64,000 nt of DNA, from contig OZ249437.1 in the NCBI GenBank assembly GCA_965235115.1, positions 27,590,001-27,654,000 of the forward strand, in the 5' to 3' direction. Below, piece after piece: positions 43,315-64,000 of this stretch. Numbering within the stretch: position 1 is the stretch's first letter; each line of letters opens with the position of its first letter. The position numbers were made by a program, and so were the translations under genes. The notes below the pieces were generated by a model that worked only from the letters and a program-made list of their open reading frames with translations, did no database searches and was not told the origin of the DNA. Origin of the DNA: Laetmonice hystrix (taxonomy: Eukaryota).

Positions 43315-43899
43315 GACTGTTTATGTTTACGTCACCGACTCGGCCCACGAGGTCATGGGGTCAAGCTCAGGTCCAGGCTCCACATCCGGTATAACGAAAG
43401 TCGTCAAATCTGATTTGTTTCAAATTATGCATCGAAACCAGTTTTGAATCATTGTATACTGAATTAATTATGCATGCTTCCATCTAGCTCTTTATTTCGA
43501 CGAAATAAGCAGAAATATAAAATTTACGACCCCTCCAATTCCCGCCAAACATGCGGTCTCGCGTGAAGACAGACGAGACACGAGACGATCGGGAAGATGG
43601 CGGCAACCATGGTGCTACGCTGAGCAGCCGAAGATGCAATTTTCTATCAATTTCGCCTAAACTTTGAAAGACCAAGAGGCTTCACTATGTTTAGTTTGAT
43701 CCCAAGGCATCTCTTTTGGTGACTGCCTGGTTATTTCAAGGGTAACTACATCCAGTTGGCGCATCTGTTGCTGACTGCGATTGTGCCGAGCTTCGCCCAG
43801 CGTGAAACTGTCTGTGGATTGCAGTGTGGACGGCCGCCTTCAGATCGACCGACGGCAGGCTACCGCGGCTTGAGAGCCGGTCAGAATTCTGCGTTAAAC
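43315..43899. promoter_or_regulatory. Putative bidirectional promoter between HDDC3 and HDGFL2-like genes
   Basis: 585 bp between divergent ATGs, CpG-rich. E2F-like TTCCCGCCAAA 43539-49, TCTCGCGTGA 43557-66, YY1 consensus AAGATGGCGGC 43594-604. Confidence 0.7.
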
Positions 43900-58302
<14,403 letters not shown>

Positions 58303-59812
58303 GATACACACAGAGAACCGCCACACAATGGTAGCTGATGCTACTGACAAAATGAAGGAGGCCCCAATTGACACCAGCCAAAGGCGGAACAGCGAAACTG
58401 ACCGTGCTGCCGGTGACTCCCAGAAAAGTAGGAAACCGTGGCTTGGTTGGCAGCAAGACAAGGCTTCCAGGGACAACTCTGCCAGCAAAGGCAGGCCCCG
58501 TTCAGGCTGTGGTGTTTATAGGACAGGAATCTTAAAAAGATTCAAATCAGAACATCTGCTAACTGGCCTCGTCGATGTGTGAACCAAAGTATTGTCGCAG
58601 TCACTGTGGCAAACGTGCTCTGACAAAGCATTCTGTGCACGCACTTGTATCCAAGTAGCTGTGGCCAGTCAGTGAGGCATGGCAGGATGCTCAGAGTTCA
58701 AATTATTTAAAGGGTTAACAGTTGTTTCTCATTGTGTGAGAAGTTTGAATCCTTTTGGTGACTCTTGAAACAGTTGCTGTAACGGCGGTTTATTGCAAAT
58801 TGAATTGATGTTCATATATTATTGAAGTTGTACAGAAGCAGTAGCTCAGTTGCAGTGCTAAGTATCCTGGCAGGATATGACAATACTAGCATCATATGAA
58901 TATTCGGCAGTCATCTGAAAGATGCACTTAGAATATTTGTTACTCACAACATTCTCATGTGGGAAAGGTTTTTATACAAAAAGGGATCTTAGCCTAATTC
59001 TTTCTTTATTCTCATCCTCCCTTTCGCAGAGCCTGTCCAGGTCGGTGGCAGTCTTTTTCAGTGCTGCCCAAAGTTGCTTGTGTTTCATGCCATCATTGCT
59101 GATGAATTTATAATGATTTTGAGAGAATCTTCTCGGTTTGATTTGTTGTTGAGTCGGAGGCAGGACGATTTAGTCAGACATGGTATCAGAGGATGGCCTT
59201 TGCAACACAGGGTTGTGCAATCTACCGGTACTTAGGCCAGATGCATGACTAATAACGGTTTTTGTGAATTAAAGAAGGTATCTATAGTGTGCGTACCATC
59301 TACAGGAATAATTCTTTTTAAAGAAATATGTTAGTCATGATAGTCATAAAGCATGCCCACCAAGGATAGGGTTTTCAAAATCTATTTTTTTACATCAGAA
59401 ATTAAGTTTTTTTTTCAAAGGCCTTGAGCCCTAGCTTGGGAACCGATATTCTAAATCAAATTAAGCCTTCCTTAACATACTGAGGGTAATTTCCCCCAAC
59501 CCCACCCCCTATCAAACCATAGTGAAGGTTTAAATTAGAGTGATGTGCATGAGCGGATGAAATAGCGATATTCCTAAGAATGATTTGTACCTGAGCATAT
59601 GATAGACACTGGTCAGTTACCTTTCAACATCATGTCAGGTGTCGTTCAAATCCACGGTAAAAGATTGACGCCAGTGACATAAGGCAACTTTACCTCTTCA
59701 TAAGTTCGGACTTTAAATTTGTCAGAAGTCAAATGATTTATTTATTGAAGAAAGAAATAATCTTCCCTGTGGTGCTGATGCGAGGTTGCTACGTGTTATT
59801 CGTGTGCTCAAT

Positions 59813-59818
59813 AATAAA
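59813..59818 (+). promoter_or_regulatory. Candidate HDGFL2-like polyadenylation signal AATAAA (another at 60632-37)
   Basis: Canonical hexamers 1.5 and 2.3 kb after the stop at 58302. Confidence 0.35.
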
Positions 59819-61777
59819 AGGTCCTTTCTCTATCGCAAATGTGTGAAGGTTGAGGTTTCTGAATTTTCTCAAGTTTCCAGATAATGTGAGCAACAGTACA
59901 GAGTCAAGGAAAGCCTCGGGAGGGTAGCTGTAGTAGAAAAGCATTGTGGAAGGTTAAAGGCCCAACCCGAATATATAATGACGAAATTGGCCCCTACCAG
60001 TATGAATCAGCCTTGCCCATTACCTGTAACCTGAAGTTCAAACAATCACCAAGTAAGAAAAGAAAAGAAAATGCGCAGACACCAGTGATATCTCAAGAGC
60101 ATCACCTCGCCACTAATCCTGTGTCAATAACGCAATTCAATAGTTTACGCTGTTTCGTAAACTCGGCAGGCTGTAGAGTACTTTATCCGAATCCTACTAT
60201 TTAATTTTTCTCACATACAGGCGAGTGCATTGCATGATCATCATGTTTATACATCACATAGCTAGGGGTGAAAGGTATGTAATATCTCGGCGTTATATAT
60301 TTGGGCTGAGCCTTAAGGTCCATTATCTGAGAGAGAAAGGCCTGTTACAGACTCACGGTTTCAGCTCTAACCAAGAGCATCAGCAATGAGTTGAGTTTTT
60401 TAATTTAAGGCGCAGACAATCCAGCTGTTACAATGCAATGCTAGCAACAGGGCACACCGTGATGCACTGTTGGAAGCTTTGTACCTGAATATAGCATGTA
60501 ATTCGTGAGTGTGTGTGTAGTCAAGCGAAAAAGGTCAAGACAATTTTAAGACATCCCAATTCTGTGCAATCTCGTATTGAACTTTCCTCCCTTGATATTA
60601 TAAACATTGTGTCATATATGCACACTGCCACAATAAACAGTGTCACCTGGAAGTCGGTATCTACCGGTAACTGCCTGAAGCTTGAGTGATCTTTTCCGTA
60701 CTGAACAGCACAGCATGAGTGTGGCCGTAGGTTTATTATAGGACTGTGTGAAAAGTTTTCATAAACCCTTCATGACCATCAAGCCAGCACAGTTCAAGTC
60801 GTTTTTTGGCCAGGTATTGTGTAGGGAGATAGTCCCTAATCTGAAAACAAAAATGTTTGATACTTTTACACAAACGACATAATGCAACACCGGCAGGATT
60901 TATATCATAATACGGAATGCTAGTACAGTGTGTATATATTTTAGTAAAAAACCAGACAGTTTGTGTTTGTCCTTTTAAGCAGCCAGCCGTTCAAAGTGAT
61001 TGACAAAAATATGACAGATAATTTAGCCATTCTCTTTTGTTCTGCCCCTTCTCGAAAAAAAGGGCAAAATTCGGTATGCGTGAATACATGTGAAGTGCTA
61101 GCATAGAGTATGAAGTGGAACTGGTTTACGATACAGTGAGATGGAAACACTGTGACAGAGAGTTAGGCCACCCCCTGCATCCCTCTCCAACCCAGCCCAA
61201 CCACAAGGGTTGTTAGGTGTTCTCTAAGGGTTCTGTTGTACATAACTCCCTTGATCTGAGTGAGTGAACAGCCTTATGCAATCGCTCCGGTGATAAGTCC
61301 TGCCAAAAACACGTGGGGACAGTTTTATAACAGTTTGACCATGCTAAACGCAGACGGCAAAAACCTCTATATCCCGGTAAAAACTTTGTGTTTTGTAACA
61401 AGAAAAGAAACTCCCAAAAAAGGCGACAGATAGGGTTTCACGTTAAACGGGTTACAATCGGAGGGACGTTTTATCTGCCTTTTACTCAAACTGGCACCAG
61501 ATGTGCCACTTTTTTTCTGTTTATGAAGCCACTGTGTCTACGGGTGGTACTGGTAGTTGGCGACATATGACAAAGTCTTCAGTTGACTGGAAGGCCGAAT
61601 GAAAATTGAACTCTGGTGTGACTCAATTTAAAGCAGTTGATGTTTGAAAGACGGCGAATCTGTTATTAAAAGAATTTGCAATCGCTGATTGGTCAAGAGT
61701 TGTAACGATCTTTGACCAGGTAATAAGTCGATGTAAAGTGCAGAATTGTCAGTGATTCATTATAAATTTTAAGGTCA

Positions 61778-61851
61778 AGATACACAGACCGATTTACGGC
61801 CGATTTTTCTCCATAGGAAAGGTACTGGTCCGTAAATCGGGCTGTGTATCT
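61778..61851. repeat. 74-nt hairpin (about 22-bp stem)
   Basis: AGATACACAGACCGATTTACGG / CCGTAAATCGGGCTGTGTATCT, one mismatch. Confidence 0.8.
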
Positions 61852-64000
61852 GGGTTTTTGGTGTGTTGAACAAGAACACCTAAAATGACCAGCGGCTGAT
61901 GTCCTTGCAGAGACACTTAGCGATTCTCGGATAAATCTTTCGTCTTCTGTGTTTTAATAATCACTTCTCTCGAATGTTACAAACAGTGGCATTTTAGAAA
62001 AAAAAATAGTTTCTTTTATTCCATACAAAGGGTAGACATACAAAGGGTAGACAACCCTGTGTTTGGATACACTGCTTTACAGTGTAATTTCTGCATAACC
62101 ATGGAGCAGCAGGCTCCAAACCAACACTCATGAATTCTTCTTTCCATTAGTGAAAATCTATGTTACAGCATTTTGTGGCAGTGACTAATCGATTTTCTTT
62201 ATAACGGAGGTTATTTCAAGTGCAAACACCGCGACTTTTTCAGTACTGATCACTGGACATTGGTTCTGAATCGCTACAAGTTTAAAAAAAAATGAAATTC
62301 ACTTCACGACACGTGTCAAGTCTTGTACAGAATGAAGACTAAACATAACTATATATCAAGTATATCAACTGCATTTTGACCGCATATTCCATACATCAAA
62401 AAGGTTATCAGCAAGTTGCATGGACCACGACTAGTATGAAAGGGAGAGTACATTTCAGCGTTGTGTAACACAGTTGCAAGAGTTCCTTGGAAGCGTCATT
62501 AAAAGCAAATATCACATTTGTCGTGCTCTGAATATGATAAATAAAGTATTTTGTAGAACAAGGCTTGTTTTCTTCACTGCTCCCCACGAGGGAGTCTTTG
62601 TACATACAAGGTGATGAGAAGTATCTGTTGAGTATTGATGTACTATCTTAAAGATGCGCGCGTCAGGTTGCTGCTGCACGGTGTAAATAAAGGTCGACAA
62701 GGTTTAGATGTATTTTGTACTTCGTCCTTTTATTTGTGTCTTTCAGCTTGAGCCTATATTCATAAAAGCTCACTAAACCTAGTTGGTTGCTCTATGTTAT
62801 TCCTTAACCTTTTGTAAGCTCAGTTGATCACAAAAGTTAGGTTATCTTGGGTAATACACACGATAGGATCAAAGCAGGATCGGCATTGATTCAGTTCAAA
62901 TTTTAGATCAAGCCATTTTTGCCATGCACCAGAGAGGCTCATAGAGGCGCCAGAAGCAGGGGGCAGGGGGGGGGGGGGGGGGCGACCGCCCCCTCAATAA
63001 TCTGGTTGGGGGGGCATCGCCCCCCCCCCCCAATAATCTGTGATCATGAATGAAAAAAGCCAGGTTTTTCGACATACAGTAGGCCTGTTGAAACCATGAC
63101 TTGGGTGCGTCAAAGACTGGGTCGATTGTTTTAATGATACATAATACATGTAATAATTTGCTTCCGGTGCCACTGGAAACCGCAAGTCTAGTTCAGTCAT
63201 ATCGGAAACTCAACCCTTAAAAGCAGGTTTGACTTTCCGATCAAGTCTTCATGTAAGTTGGCCGTGCCCTGCCGACCCCTTTGCAGGTTACTCCTGAGTG
63301 AAAGTGGTTACCCCAACATGATATTTGCGAACCCCAATCCTTAGTCCCGCTCATGCTGGTAGGAGACGATATAAATATGCAAAGGCGATTTGCATCCATG
63401 AAAGGTGAATTACGCCTAAAGATTAAAAGAAGTCCATTCGTGATTATTGCAACAGAATAGGCCTACATGTGTATAGGTATACACAGACCTGTGCCACATT
63501 TAGATCGACCTTGGACGATCATGTGGCTAAGGTCACCTAAACCTGATCAATGAACCCGAACGTCCCTGCTGCATCGGTTACCAGTTTTAACAATTTTAGA
63601 CGAGCTCTGTGACTGTGGAGTCACACTCAAGGCTTGATATGGTCCTCTCTGGTGCATTCGGGCCGAATGGCCAGCTAGGGGTTAAAACTGACTTCAAATC
63701 CCCATTTCGGGATTGGAAAATCTAGGATCAATCCTTGCTCAAGCTGGGATTAGGCTTAGCTGAAGAAACTCGTCTGGGTGATTAAATATTAAATAGGGTA
63801 ACTAGGGTAGCAAGCATGACTTCAAAAGACGATGTTCCTGAATAGGAAATTGTCATACACAATGATATTGTAGCAATAATCGTTTGTCGTCCGGCGACCT
63901 ACATGTCCGATGTCGCCGGACGAGTGAATTTAACGGGCCCGAGATATGAGGTTCTGGGCAAGAATATTGGGATGGGTCCCAATATTCATGTTCTAGGTGT

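Noticed and set aside
58303-64000. Short ORFs downstream of the HDGFL2-like gene
   Set aside because: No recognisable domains or exon chain; treated as 3' UTR and intergenic DNA with repeat fragments.

Overview
Eukaryotic, intron-rich invertebrate genomic DNA. A marine deuterostome such as an echinoderm or hemichordate is likely, but that is inference from composition and repeat style. There is one 210-N scaffold gap. Three spliced genes can be rebuilt by hand with GT-AG boundaries and consistent phases: (1) the 3' part of MPDZ/MUPP1 (PDZ8 to PDZ13, 18 exons, 7785-37501, +); (2) HDDC3/MESH1 (4 exons, 43314-40902, -), convergent with MPDZ; (3) an HDGFL2/PSIP1(LEDGF)-family PWWP + AT-hook + IBD gene (18-19 exons, 43900-58302, +), head-to-head with HDDC3 across a 585-bp promoter. 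Introns carry many minisatellites and non-autonomous DNA-transposon (MITE/foldback) copies. The most unusual signal is that several MPDZ tandem repeats are built from the gene's own splice sites and coding sequence. A 1.6-kb array holds 21 copies of a 3' splice site plus the first 13 codons of a PDZ11 exon, only the last copy being the true exon start. A 10-copy array starts exactly at a 5' splice site. Degenerate copies of the C-terminal codons fill the start of the 3' UTR. No prokaryotic features, CRISPR arrays, rRNA or intact tRNA genes were seen. Almost all ORFs in the supplied track are exon fragments, repeat-derived or spurious.
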